A DNA stretch of 64,000 nucleotides, taken from positions 14,074,001 through 14,138,000 of the forward strand of contig OZ059898.1 in the NCBI GenBank assembly GCA_964057225.1, written 5' to 3'. This document shows positions 34,701 through 49,700 of the stretch, one piece after another. Each line of letters begins with the position of its first letter. Within the stretch, counting starts at the first letter, position 1. The stretch is from Auanema rhodensis (taxonomy: Eukaryota; Animalia; Nematoda). The notes below the pieces were generated by a model. The model made no database searches, was not told where the DNA came from, and saw only the letters and a program-made list of their open reading frames with translations. A program made the translations under genes and the position numbers.

Positions 34701-37700
34701 CACATCTTTGACTTCATATATAATTACGAATGAAAAGCAGAAACATATTTTTTCAACGTTTCACATCAAAAATTCAAAAATGGACAAGCTCAAGTACTTT
34801 CAAAATCTTTGCAACATATTGCAATCAAATCGTTCACAAAAAATGAAAAATGTATGCGTTCGGGGGGAATCGAACCCCCGTCGAATGCTTGGAAGGCATC
34901 CATGCTGACCATTACACCACGAACGCTACGATGGCTCTTGAACTATTAGATTAGATGAGTTGACACATCTTTGACTTCATTGATAATTACGAATGAAAAG
35001 CAGTAACATATTTTTTTCAAACGTTTCACATCAAAAATTCAAAAATGGACAAGCTCAAGTACTTTCAAAATCTTTGCAACATATTGCAAAACGTCAAACC
35101 ATTCTTAAAAAATGAAAAATGTATGCGTTCGGGGGGAATCGAACCCCCGTCGAATGCTTGGAAGGCATCCATGCTGACCATTACACCACGAACGCTACGA
35201 TGGCTCTTGAACTATTAGATTAGATGAGTTGACACATCTTTGACTTCATATATAATTACGAATGAAAAGCAGAAACATATTTTTTCAACGTTTCACTTCA
35301 AAAAATCAAAAATGGACAAGCTCAAGTATTTTCAAAATCTTTGCAACATATTGCAATCAAATCGTTCACAAAAAATGAAAAATGTATGCGTTCGGGGGGA
35401 ATCGAACCCCCGTCGAATGCTTGGAAGGCATCCATGCTGACCATTACACCACGAACGCTACGATGGCTCTTGAACTATTAGATTAGATGAGTTGACACAT
35501 CTTTGACTTCATTGATAATTACGAATGAAAAGCAGAAACATATTTTTTCAACGTTTCACATCGAAAATTCAAAAATGGACAAGCTCAAGTATTTTCAAAA
35601 TCTTTGCAACATATTGCAATCAAATCGTTCACAAAAAATGAAAAATGTATGCGTTCGGGGGGAATCGAACCCCCGTCGAATGCTTGGAAGGCATCCATGC
35701 TGACCATTACACCACGAACGCTACGATGGCTCTTGAACTATTAGATTAGATGAGTTGACACATCTTTGACTTCATTGATAATTACGAATGAAAAGCAGAA
35801 ACATATTTTTTCAACGTTTCACATCAAAAAATCAAAAATGGACAAGCTCAAATATTTTCAAAATCTTTGCAACATATTGCAATCAAATCGTTCACAAAAA
35901 ATGAAAAATGTATGCGTTCGGGGGGAATCGAACCCCCGTCGAATGCTTGGAAGGCATCCATGCTGACCATTACACCACGAACGCTACAATAGGTTGTGAA
36001 CTATTAGATTAGATGAGTTGACACATCTTTGACTTCATATATAATTACGAATGAAAAGCAGAAACATATTTTTTTCAAACGTTTCACATCAAAAATTCAA
36101 AAATGGACAAGCTCAAATATTTTCAAAATCTTTGCAACATATTGCAATCAAATCGTTCACAAAAAATGAAAAATGTATGCGTTCGGGGGGAATCGAACCC
36201 CCGTCGAATGCTTGGAAGGCATCCATGCTGACCATTACACCACGAACGCTACAATAGATTGTGAACTATTAGATTAGATGAGTTGACACATCTTTGACTT
36301 CATATATAATTACGAATGAAAAGCAGAAACATATTTTTTTCAAACGTTTCACATCAAAAATTCAAAAATGGACAAGCTCAAATATTTTCAAAATCTTTGC
36401 AACATATTGCAATCAAATCGTTCACAAAAAATGAAAAATGTATGCGTTCGGGGGGAATCGAACCCCCGTCGAATGCTTGGAAGGCATCCATGCTGACCAT
36501 TACACCACGAACGCTACGATGGCTCTTGAACTATTAGATTAGATGAGTTGACACATCTTTGACTTCATTGATAATTACGAATGAAAAGCAGAAACATATT
36601 TTTTCAACGTTTCACATCAAAAATTCAAAAATGGACAAGCTCAAGTACTTTCAAAATCTTTGCAACATATTGCAATCAAATCGTTCACAAAAAATGAAAA
36701 ATGTATGCGTTCGGGGGGAATCGAACCCCCGTCGAATGCTTGGAAGGCATCCATGCTGACCATTACACCACGAACGCTACAATAGGTTGTGAACTATTAG
36801 ATTAGATGAGTTGACACATCTTTGACTTCATTGATAATTACGAATGAAAAGCAGAAACATATTTTTTCAACGTTTCACTTCAAAAAATCAAAAATGGACA
36901 AGCTCAAGTATTTTCAAAATCTTTGCAACATATTGCAATCAAATCGTTCACAAAAAATGAAAAATGTATGCGTTCGGGGGGAATCGAACCCCCGTCGAAT
37001 GCTTGGAAGGCATCCATGCTGACCATTACACCACGAACGCTACGATGGCTCTTGAACTATTAGATTAGATGAGTTGACACATCTTTGACTTCATTGATAA
37101 TTACGAATGAAAAGCAGAAACATATTTTTTCAACGTTTCACTTCAAAAAATCAAAAATGGACAAGCTCAAGTATTTTCAAAATCTTTGCAACATATTGCA
37201 ATCAAATCGTTCACAAAAAATGAAAAATGTATGCGTTCGGGGAGAATCGAACCCCCGTCGAATGCTTGGAAGGCATCCATGCTGACCATTACACCACGAA
37301 CGCTACGATGGCTCTTGAACTATTTGATTAGATGAGTTGACACATCTTTGACTTCATTGATAATTACGAATGAAAAGCAGTAACATATTTTTTTCAAACG
37401 TTTCACATCAAAAATTCAAAGATGGACAAGCTCAAGTATTTTCAAAATCTTTGCAACATATTGCAAAACGTCAAACCATTCTTAAAAAATGAAAAATGTA
37501 TGCGTTCGGGGGGAATCGAACCCCCGTCGAATGCTTGGAAGGCATCCATGCTGACCATTACACCACGAACGCTACAATAGGTTGTGAACTATTAGATTAG
37601 ATGAGTTGACACATCTTTGACTTCATATATAATTACGAATGAAAAGCAGTAACATATTTTTTTCAAACGTTTCACATCAAAAATTCAAAAATGGACAAGC

Positions 37701-40700
37701 TCAAGTACTTTCAAAATCTTTGCAACATATTGCAAAACGTCAAACCATTCTTAAAAAATGAAAAATGTATGCGTTCGGGGGGAATCGAACCCCCGTCGAA
37801 TGCTTGGAAGGCATCCATGCTGACCATTACACCACGAACGCTACAATAGGTTGTGAACTATTAGATTAGATGAGTTGACACATCTTTGACTTCATATATA
37901 ATTACGAATGAAAAGCAGTAACATATTTTTTTCAAACGTTTCACATCAAAAATTCAAAAATGGACAAGCTCAAGTACTTTCAAAATCTTTGCAACATATT
38001 GCAAAACGTCAAACCATTCTTAAAAAATGAAAAATGTATGCGTTCGGGGGGAATCGAACCCCCGTCGAATGCTTGGAAGGCATCCATGCTGACCATTACA
38101 CCACGAACGCTACGATGGCTCTTGAACTATTAGATTAGATGAGTTGACACATCTTTGACTTCATTGATAATTACGAATGAAAAGCAGAAACATATTTTTT
38201 CAACGTTTCACATCAAAAATTCAAAAATGGACAAGCTCAAGTACTTTCAAAATCTTTGCAACATATTGCAATCAAATCGTTCACAAAAAATGAAAAATGT
38301 ATGCGTTCGGGGGGAATCGAACCCCCGTCGAATGCTTGGAAGGCATCCATGCTGACCATTACACCACGAACGCTACGATAGCTCTTGAACTATTAGATTA
38401 GATGAGTTGACACATCTTTGACTTCATTGATAATTACGAATGAAAAGCAGAAACATATTTTTTCAACGTTTCACATCAAAAAATCAAAAATGGACAAGCT
38501 CAAGTATTTTCAAAATCTTTGCAACATATTGCATTCAAATCGTTCACAAAAAATGAAAAATGTATGCGTTCGGGGGGAATCGAACCCCCGTCGAATGCTT
38601 GGAAGGCATCCATGCTGACCATTACACCACGAACGCTACGATGGCTCTTGAACTATTTGATTAGATGAGTTGACACATCTTTGACTTCATTGATAATTAC
38701 GAATGAAAAGCAGTAACATATTTTTTTCAAACGTTTCACATCAAAAATTCAAAAATGGACAAGCTCAAATATTTTCAAAATCTTTGCAACATATTGCAAT
38801 CAAATCGTTCACAAAAAATGAAAAATGTATGCGTTCGGGGGGAATCGAACCCCCGTCGAATGCTTGGAAGGCATCCATGCTGACCATTACACCACGAACG
38901 CTACGATGGCTCTTGAACTATTTGATTAGATGAGTTGACACATCTTTGACTTCATTGATAATTACGAATGAAAAGCAGTAACATATTTTTTTCAAACGTT
39001 TCACATCAAAAATTCAAAAATGGACAAGCTCAAATATTTTCAAAATCTTTGCAACATATTGCAATCAAATCGTTCACAAAAAATGAAAAATGTATGCGTT
39101 CGGGGGGAATCGAACCCCCGTCGAATGCTTGGAAGGCATCCATGCTGACCATTACACCACGAACGCTACGATGGCTCTTGAACTATTTGATTAGATGAGT
39201 TGACACATCTTTGACTTCATTGATAATTACGAATGAAAAGCAGTAACATATTTTTTTCAAACGTTTCACATCAAAAATTCAAAAATGGACAAGCTCAAGT
39301 ATTTTCAAAATCTTTGCAACATATTGCAATCAAATCGTTCACAAAAAATGAAAAATGTATGCGTTCGGGGGGAATCGAACCCCCGTCGAATGCTTGGAAG
39401 GCATCCATGCTGACCATTACACCACGAACGCTACAATAGGTTGTGAACTATTAGATTAGATGAGTTGACACATCTTTGACTTCATTGATAATTACGAATG
39501 AAAAGCAGAAACATATTTTTTCAACGTTTCACATCAAAAATTCAAAAATGGACAAGCTCAAGTACTTTCAAAATCTTTGCAACATATTGCAAAACGTCAA
39601 ACCATTCTTAAAAAATGAAAAATGTATGCGTTCGGGGGGAATCGAACCCCCGTCGAATGCTTGGAAGGCATCCATGCTGACCATTACACCACGAACGCTA
39701 CGATGGCTCTTGAACTATTAGATTAGATAAGTTGACACATCTTTGACTTCATTGATAATTACGAATGAAAAGCAGAAACATATTTTTTCAACGTTTCACA
39801 TCAAAAATTCAAAAATGGACAAGCTCAAGTACTTTCAAAATCTTTGCAACATATTGCAAAACGTCAAACCATTCTTAAAAAATGAAAAATGTATGCGTTC
39901 GGGGGGAATCGAACCCCCGTCGAATGCTTGGAAGGCATCCATGCTGACCATTACACCACGAACGCTACGATGGCTCTTGAACTATTAGATTAGATAAGTT
40001 GACACATCTTTGACTTCATTGATAATTACGAATGAAAAGCAGAAACATATTTTTTCAACGTTTCACATCAAAAATTCAAAAATGGACAAGCTCAAGTACT
40101 TTCAAAATCTTTGCAACATATTGCAAAACGTCAAACCATTCTTAAAAAATGAAAAATGTATGCGTTCGGGGGGAATCGAACCCCCGTCGAATGCTTGGAA
40201 GGCATCCATGCTGACCATTACACCACGAACGCTACGATGGCTCTTGAACTATTTGATTAGATGAGTTGACACATCTTTGACTTCATTGATAATTACGAAT
40301 GAAAAGCAGTAACATATTTTTTTCAAACGTTCCACATCGAAAATTCAAAAATGGACAAGCTAAAGTACTTTCAAAATCTTTGCAACATATTGCAATCAAA
40401 TCATTCACAAAAAATGAAAAATGTATGCGTTCGGGGGGAATCGAACCCCCGTCGAATGCTTGGAAGGCATCCATGCTGACCATTACACCACGAACGCTAC
40501 AATAGGTTGTGAACTATTAGATTAGATGAGTTGACACATCTTTGACTTCATTGATAATTACGAATGAAAAGCAGAAACATATTTTTTCAACGTTTCACAT
40601 CAAAAATTCAAAAATGGACAAGCTAAAGTACTTTCAAAATCTTTGCAACATATTGCAATCAAATCGTTCACAAAAAATGAAAAATGTATGCGTTCGGGGG

Positions 40701-43700
40701 GAATCGAACCCCCGTCGAATGCTTGGAAGGCATCCATGCTGACCATTACACCACGAACGCTACGATGGCTCTTGAACTATTTGATTAGATGAGTTGACAC
40801 ATCTTTGACTTCATTGATAATTACGAATGAAAAGCAGTAACATATTTTTTTCAAACGTTCCACATCGAAAATTCAAAAATGGACAAGCTCAAGTATTTTC
40901 AAAATCTTTGCAACATATTGCAATCAAATCGTTCACAAAAAATGAAAAATGTATGCGTTCGGGGGGAATCGAACCCCCGTCGAATGCTTGGAAGGCATCC
41001 ATGCTGACCATTACACCACGAACGCTACAATAGGTTGTGAACTATTAGATTAGATGAGTTGACACATCTTTGACTTCATTGATAATTACGAATGAAAAGC
41101 AGAAACATATTTTTTCAACGTTTCACATCAAAAATTCAAAAATGGACAAGCTAAAGTACTTTCAAAATCTTTGCAACATATTGCAATCAAATCATTCACA
41201 AAAAATGAAAAATGTATGCGTTCGGGGGGAATCGAACCCCCGTCGAATGCTTGGAAGGCATCCATGCTGACCATTACACCACGAACGCTACAATAGGTTG
41301 TGAACTATTAGATTAGATGAGTTGACACATCTTTGACTTCATTGATAATTACGAATGAAAAGCAGTAACATATTTTTTTCAAACGTTTCACATCAAAAAT
41401 TCAAAAATGGACAAGCTCAAGTACTTTCAAAATCTTTGCAACATATTGCAAAACGTCAAACCATTCTTAAAAAATGAAAAATGTATGCGTTCGGGGGGAA
41501 TCGAACCCCCGTCGAATGCTTGGAAGGCATCCATGCTGACCATTACACCACGAACGCTACGATGGCTCTTGAACTATTTGATTAGATGAGTTGACACATC
41601 TTTGACTTCATTGATAATTACGAATGAAAAGCAGTAACATATTTTTTTCAAACGTTCCACATCGAAAATTCAAAAATGGACAAGCTCAAGTATTTTCAAA
41701 ATCTTTGCAACATATTGCAATCAAATCGTTCACAAAAAATGAAAAATGTATGCGTTCGGGGGGAATCGAACCCCCGTCGAATGCTTGGAAGGCATCCATG
41801 CTGACCATTACACCACGAACGCTACGATGGCTCTTGAACTATTTGATTAGATGAGTTGACACATCTTTGACTTCATTGATAATTACGAATGAAAAGCAGT
41901 AACATATTTTTTTCAAACGTTTCACATCAAAAATTCAAAAATGGACAAGCTCAAGTACTTTCAAAATCTTTGCAACATATTGCAAAACGTCAAACCATTC
42001 TTAAAAAATGAAAAATGTATGCGTTCGGGGGGAATCGAACCCCCGTCGAATGCTTGGAAGGCATCCATGCTGACCATTACACCACGAACGCTACAATAGG
42101 TTGTGAACTATTAGATTAGATGAGTTGACACATCTTTGACTTCATATATAATTACGAATGAAAAGCAGTAACATATTTTTTTCAAACGTTTCACATCAAA
42201 AATTCAAAAATGGACAAGCTCAAGTACTTTCAAAATCTTTGCAACATATTGCAAAACGTCAAACCATTCAGCAAAAATGAAAAATGTATGCGTTCGGGGG
42301 GAATCGAACCCCCGTCGAATGCTTGGAAGGCATCCATGCTGACCATTACACCACGAACGCTACAATAGGTTGTGAACTATTAGATTAGATGAGTTGACAC
42401 ATCTTTGACTTCATTGATAATTACGAATGAAAAGCAGAAACATATTTTTTCAACGTTTCACATCAAAAATTCAAAAATGGACAAGCTCAAGTACTTTCAA
42501 AATCTTTGCAACATATTGCAATCAAATCGTTCACAAAAAATGAAAAATGTATGCGTTCGGGGGGAATCGAACCCCCGTCGAATGCTTGGAAGGCATCCAT
42601 GCTGACCATTACACCACGAACGCTACGATGGCTCTTGAACTATTAGATTAGATGAGTTGACACATCTTTGACTTCATTGATAATTACGAATGAAAAGCAG
42701 AAACATATTTTTTCAACGTTTCACATCAAAAATTCAAAAATGGACAAGCTCAAGTACTTTCAAAATCTTTGCAACATATTGCAAAACGTCAAACCATTCT
42801 TAAAAAATGAAAAATGTATGCGTTCGGGGGGAATCGAACCCCCGTCGAATGCTTGGAAGGCATCCATGCTGACCATTACACCACGAACGCTACGATGGCT
42901 CTTGAACTATTAGATTAGATGAGTTGACACATCTTTGACTTCATTGATAATTACGAATGAAAAGCAGAAACATATTTTTTCAACGTTTCACATCAAAAAT
43001 TCAAAAATGGACAAGCTCAAGTACTTTCAAAATCTTTGCAACATATTGCAATCAAATCGTTCACAAAAAATGAAAAATGTATGCGTTCGGGGGGAATCGA
43101 ACCCCCGTCGAATGCTTGGAAGGCATCCATGCTGACCATTACACCACGAACGCTACGATGGCTCTTGAACTATTAGATTAGATGAGTTGACACATCTTTG
43201 ACTTCATTGATAATTACGAATGAAAAGCAGAAACATATTTTTTCAACGTTTCACATCAAAAAATCAAAAATGGACAAGCTCAAGTATTTTCAAAATCTTT
43301 GCAACATATTGCATTCAAATCGTTCACAAAAAATGAAAAATGTATGCGTTCGGGGGGAATCGAACCCCCGTCGAATGCTTGGAAGGCATCCATGCTGACC
43401 ATTACACCACGAACGCTACGATGGCTCTTGAACTATTTGATTAGATGAGTTGACACATCTTTGACTTCATTGATAATTACGAATGAAAAGCAGTAACATA
43501 TTTTTTTCAAACGTTTCACATCAAAAATTCAAAAATGGACAAGCTCAAATATTTTCAAAATCTTTGCAACATATTGCAATCAAATCGTTCACAAAAAATG
43601 AAAAATGTATGCGTTCGGGGGGAATCGAACCCCCGTCGAATGCTTGGAAGGCATCCATGCTGACCATTACACCACGAACGCTACGATGGCTCTTGAACTA

Positions 43701-46700
43701 TTTGATTAGATGAGTTGACACATCTTTGACTTCATTGATAATTACGAATGAAAAGCAGTAACATATTTTTTTCAAACGTTTCACATCAAAAATTCAAAAA
43801 TGGACAAGCTCAAATATTTTCAAAATCTTTGCAACATATTGCAATCAAATCGTTCACAAAAAATGAAAAATGTATGCGTTCGGGGGGAATCGAACCCCCG
43901 TCGAATGCTTGGAAGGCATCCATGCTGACCATTACACCACGAACGCTACGATGGCTCTTGAACTATTTGATTAGATGAGTTGACACATCTTTGACTTCAT
44001 TGATAATTACGAATGAAAAGCAGTAACATATTTTTTTCAAACGTTTCACATCAAAAATTCAAAAATGGACAAGCTCAAGTATTTTCAAAATCTTTGCAAC
44101 ATATTGCAATCAAATCGTTCACAAAAAATGAAAAATGTATGCGTTCGGGGGGAATCGAACCCCCGTCGAATGCTTGGAAGGCATCCATGCTGACCATTAC
44201 ACCACGAACGCTACAATAGGTTGTGAACTATTAGATTAGATGAGTTGACACATCTTTGACTTCATTGATAATTACGAATGAAAAGCAGAAACATATTTTT
44301 TCAACGTTTCACATCAAAAATTCAAAAATGGACAAGCTAAAGTACTTTCAAAATCTTTGCAACATATTGCAATCAAATCGTTCACAAAAAATGAAAAATG
44401 TATGCGTTCGGGGGGAATCGAACCCCCGTCGAATGCTTGGAAGGCATCCATGCTGACCATTACACCACGAACGCTACGATGGCTCTTGAACTATTAGATT
44501 AGATAAGTTGACACATCTTTGACTTCATTGATAATTACGAATGAAAAGCAGAAACATATTTTTTCAACGTTTCACATCAAAAATTCAAAAATGGACAAGC
44601 TCAAGTACTTTCAAAATCTTTGCAACATATTGCAAAACGTCAAACCATTCTTAAAAAATGAAAAATGTATGCGTTCGGGGGGAATCGAACCCCCGTCGAA
44701 TGCTTGGAAGGCATCCATGCTGACCATTACACCACGAACGCTACGATGGCTCTTGAACTATTAGATTAGATAAGTTGACACATCTTTGACTTCATTGATA
44801 ATTACGAATGAAAAGCAGAAACATATTTTTTCAACGTTTCACATCAAAAATTCAAAAATGGACAAGCTCAAGTACTTTCAAAATCTTTGCAACATATTGC
44901 AAAACGTCAAACCATTCTTAAAAAATGAAAAATGTATGCGTTCGGGGGGAATCGAACCCCCGTCGAATGCTTGGAAGGCATCCATGCTGACCATTACACC
45001 ACGAACGCTACGATGGCTTTTGAACTATTTGATTAGATGAGTTGACACATCTTTGACTTCATTGATAATTACGAATGAAAAGCAGAAACATATTTTTTCA
45101 ACGTTTCACATCAAAAATTCAAAAATGGACAAGCTAAAGTACTTTCAAAATCTTTGCAACATATTGCAATCAAATCGTTCACAAAAAATGAAAAATGTAT
45201 GCGTTCGGGGGGAATCGAACCCCCGTCGAATGCTTGGAAGGCATCCATGCTGACCATTACACCACGAACGCTACAATAGGTTGTGAACTATTAGATTAGA
45301 TGAGTTGACACATCTTTGACTTCATTGATAATTACGAATGAAAAGCAGAAACATATTTTTTCAACGTTTCACATCAAAAATTCAAAAATGGACAAGCTAA
45401 AGTACTTTCAAAATCTTTGCAACATATTGCAATCAAATCGTTCACAAAAAATGAAAAATGTATGCGTTCGGGGGGAATCGAACCCCCGTCGAATGCTTGG
45501 AAGGCATCCATGCTGACCATTACACCACGAACGCTACAATAGGTTGTGAACTATTAGATTAGATGAGTTGACACATCTTTGACTTCATTGATAATTACGA
45601 ATGAAAAGCAGAAACATATTTTTTCAAACGTTCCACATCGAAAATTCAAAAATGGACAAGCTAAAGTACTTTCAAAATCTTTGCAACATATTGCAATCAA
45701 ATCATTCACAAAAAATGAAAAATGTATGCGTTCGGGGGGAATCGAACCCCCGTCGAATGCTTGGAAGGCATCCATGCTGACCATTACACCACGAACGCTA
45801 CAATAGGTTGTGAACTATTAGATTAGATGAGTTGACACATCTTTGACTTCATTGATAATTACGAATGAAAAGCAGAAACATATTTTTTCAACGTTTCACA
45901 TCAAAAATTCAAAAATGGACAAGCTAAAGTACTTTCAAAATCTTTGCAACATATTGCAATCAAATCGTTCACAAAAAATGAAAAATGTATGCGTTCGGGG
46001 GGAATCGAACCCCCGTCGAATGCTTGGAAGGCATCCATGCTGACCATTACACCACGAACGCTACGATGGCTCTTGAACTATTTGATTAGATGAGTTGACA
46101 CATCTTTGACTTCATTGATAATTACGAATGAAAAGCAGTAACATATTTTTTTCAAACGTTCCACATCGAAAATTCAAAAATGGACAAGCTCAAGTATTTT
46201 CAAAATCTTTGCAACATATTGCAATCAAATCGTTCACAAAAAATGAAAAATGTATGCGTTCGGGGGGAATCGAACCCCCGTCGAATGCTTGGAAGGCATC
46301 CATGCTGACCATTACACCACGAACGCTACAATAGGTTGTGAACTATTAGATTAGATGAGTTGACACATCTTTGACTTCATTGATAATTACGAATGAAAAG
46401 CAGAAACATATTTTTTCAACGTTTCACATCAAAAATTCAAAAATGGACAAGCTAAAGTACTTTCAAAATCTTTGCAACATATTGCAATCAAATCATTCAC
46501 AAAAAATGAAAAATGTATGCGTTCGGGGGGAATCGAACCCCCGTCGAATGCTTGGAAGGCATCCATGCTGACCATTACACCACGAACGCTACAATAGGTT
46601 GTGAACTATTAGATTAGATGAGTTGACACATCTTTGACTTCATTGATAATTACGAATGAAAAGCAGTAACATATTTTTTTCAAACGTTTCACATCAAAAA

Positions 46701-49700
46701 TTCAAAAATGGACAAGCTCAAGTACTTTCAAAATCTTTGCAACATATTGCAAAACGTCAAACCATTCTTAAAAAATGAAAAATGTATGCGTTCGGGGGGA
46801 ATCGAACCCCCGTCGAATGCTTGGAAGGCATCCATGCTGACCATTACACCACGAACGCTACGATGGCTCTTGAACTATTTGATTAGATGAGTTGACACAT
46901 CTTTGACTTCATTGATAATTACGAATGAAAAGCAGTAACATATTTTTTTCAAACGTTCCACATCGAAAATTCAAAAATGGACAAGCTCAAGTATTTTCAA
47001 AATCTTTGCAACATATTGCAATCAAATCGTTCACAAAAAATGAAAAATGTATGCGTTCGGGGGGAATCGAACCCCCGTCGAATGCTTGGAAGGCATCCAT
47101 GCTGACCATTACACCACGAACGCTACGATGGCTCTTGAACTATTTGATTAGATGAGTTGACACATCTTTGACTTCATTGATAATTACGAATGAAAAGCAG
47201 TAACATATTTTTTTCAAACGTTTCACATCAAAAATTCAAAAATGGACAAGCTCAAGTACTTTCAAAATCTTTGCAACATATTGCAAAACGTCAAACCATT
47301 CTTAAAAAATGAAAAATGTATGCGTTCGGGGGGAATCGAACCCCCGTCGAATGCTTGGAAGGCATCCATGCTGACCATTACACCACGAACGCTACAATAG
47401 GTTGTGAACTATTAGATTAGATGAGTTGACACATCTTTGACTTCATATATAATTACGAATGAAAAGCAGTAACATATTTTTTTCAAACGTTTCACATCAA
47501 AAATTCAAAAATGGACAAGCTCAAGTACTTTCAAAATCTTTGCAACATATTGCAAAACGTCAAACCATTCAGCAAAAATGAAAAATGTATGCGTTCGGGG
47601 GGAATCGAACCCCCGTCGAATGCTTGGAAGGCATCCATGCTGACGATTACACCACGAACGCTACGATGGCTCTTGAACTATTTGATTAGATGAGTTGACA
47701 CATCTTTGACTTCATTGATAATTACGAATGAAAAGCAGTAACATATTTTTTTCAAACGTTCCACATCGAAAATTCAAAAATGGACAAGCTCAAGTATTTT
47801 CAAAATCTTTGCAACATATTGCAATCAAATCGTTCACAAAAAATGAAAAATGTATGCGTTCGGGGGGAATCGAACCCCCGTCGAATGCTTGGAAGGCATC
47901 CATGCTGACCATTACACCACGAACGCTACGATGGCTCTTGAACTATTTGATTAGATGAGTTGACACATCTTTGACTTCATTGATAATTACGAATGAAAAG
48001 CAGTAACATATTTTTTTCAAACGTTCCACATCGAAAATTCAAAAATGGACAAGCTCAAGTATTTTCAAAATCTTTGCAACATATTGCAATCAAATCGTTC
48101 ACAAAAAATGAAAAATGTATGCGTTCGGGGGGAATCGAACCCCCGTCGAATGCTTGGAAGGCATCCATGCTGACCATTACACCACGAACGCTACGATGGC
48201 TCTTGAACTATTTGATTAGATGAGTTGACACATCTTTGACTTCATTGATAATTACGAATGAAAAGCAGTAACATATTTTTTTCAAACGTTCCACATCGAA
48301 AATTCAAAAATGGACAAGCTCAAGTATTTTCAAAATCTTTGCAACATATTGCAATCAAATCGTTCACAAAAAATGAAAAATGTATGCGTTCGGGGGGAAT
48401 CGAACCCCCGTCGAATGCTTGGAAGGCATCCATGCTGACCATTACACCACGAACGCTACGATGGCTCTTGAACTATTTGATTAGATGAGTTGACACATCT
48501 TTGACTTCATTGATAATTACGAATGAAAAGCAGTAACATATTTTTTTCAAACGTTTCACATCAAAAATTCAAAAATGGACAAGCTCAAGTACTTTCAAAA
48601 TCTTTGCAACATATTGCAAAACGTCAAACCATTCTTAAAAAATGAAAAATGTTTGCGTTCGGGGGGAATCGAACCCCCGTCGAATGCTTGGAAGGCATCC
48701 ATGCTGACCATTACACCACGAACGCTACAATAGGTTGTGAACTATTAGATTAGATGAGTTGACACATCTTTGACTTCATTGATAATTACGAATGAAAAGC
48801 AGTAACATATTTTTTTCAAACGTTTCACATCAAAAATTCAAAAATGGACAAGCTCAAGTATTTTCAAAATCTTTGCAACATATTGCAATCAAATCATTCA
48901 CAAAAAATGAAAAATGTATGCGTTCGGGGGGAATCGAACCCCCGTCGAATGCTTGGAAGGCATCCATGCTGACCATTACACCACGAACGCTACGATGGCT
49001 CTTGAACTATTAGATTAGATGAGTTGACACATCTTTGACTTCATATATAATTACGAATGAAAAGCAGAAACATATTTTTTTCAAACGTTTCACATCAAAA
49101 ATTCAAAAATGGACAAGCTCAAGTATTTTCAAAATCTTTGCAACATATTGCAATCAAATCATTCACAAAAAATGAAAAATGTATGCGTTCGGGGGGAATC
49201 GAACCCCCGTCGAATGCTTGGAAGGCATCCATGCTGACCATTACACCACGAACGCTACGATGGCTCTTGAACTATTAGATTAGATGAGTTGACACATCTT
49301 TGACTTCATTGATAATTACGAATGAAAAGCAGAAACATATTTTTTCAACGTTTCACATCAAAAAATCAAAAATGGACAAGCTCAAGTATTTTCAAAATCT
49401 TTGCAACATATTGCAAAACGTCAAACCATTCTTAAAAAATGAAAAATGTATGCGTTCGGGGGGAATCGAACCCCCGTCGAATGCTTGGAAGGCATCCATG
49501 CTGACCATTACACCACGAACGCTACGATGGCTCTTGAACTATTAGATTAGATGAGTTGACACATCTTTGACTTCATATATAATTACGAATGAAAAGCAGT
49601 AACATATTTTTTCAAACGTTTCACATCAAAAATTCAAAAATGGACAAGCTCAAGTATTTTCAAAATCTTTGCAACATATTGCAAAACGTCAAACCATTCT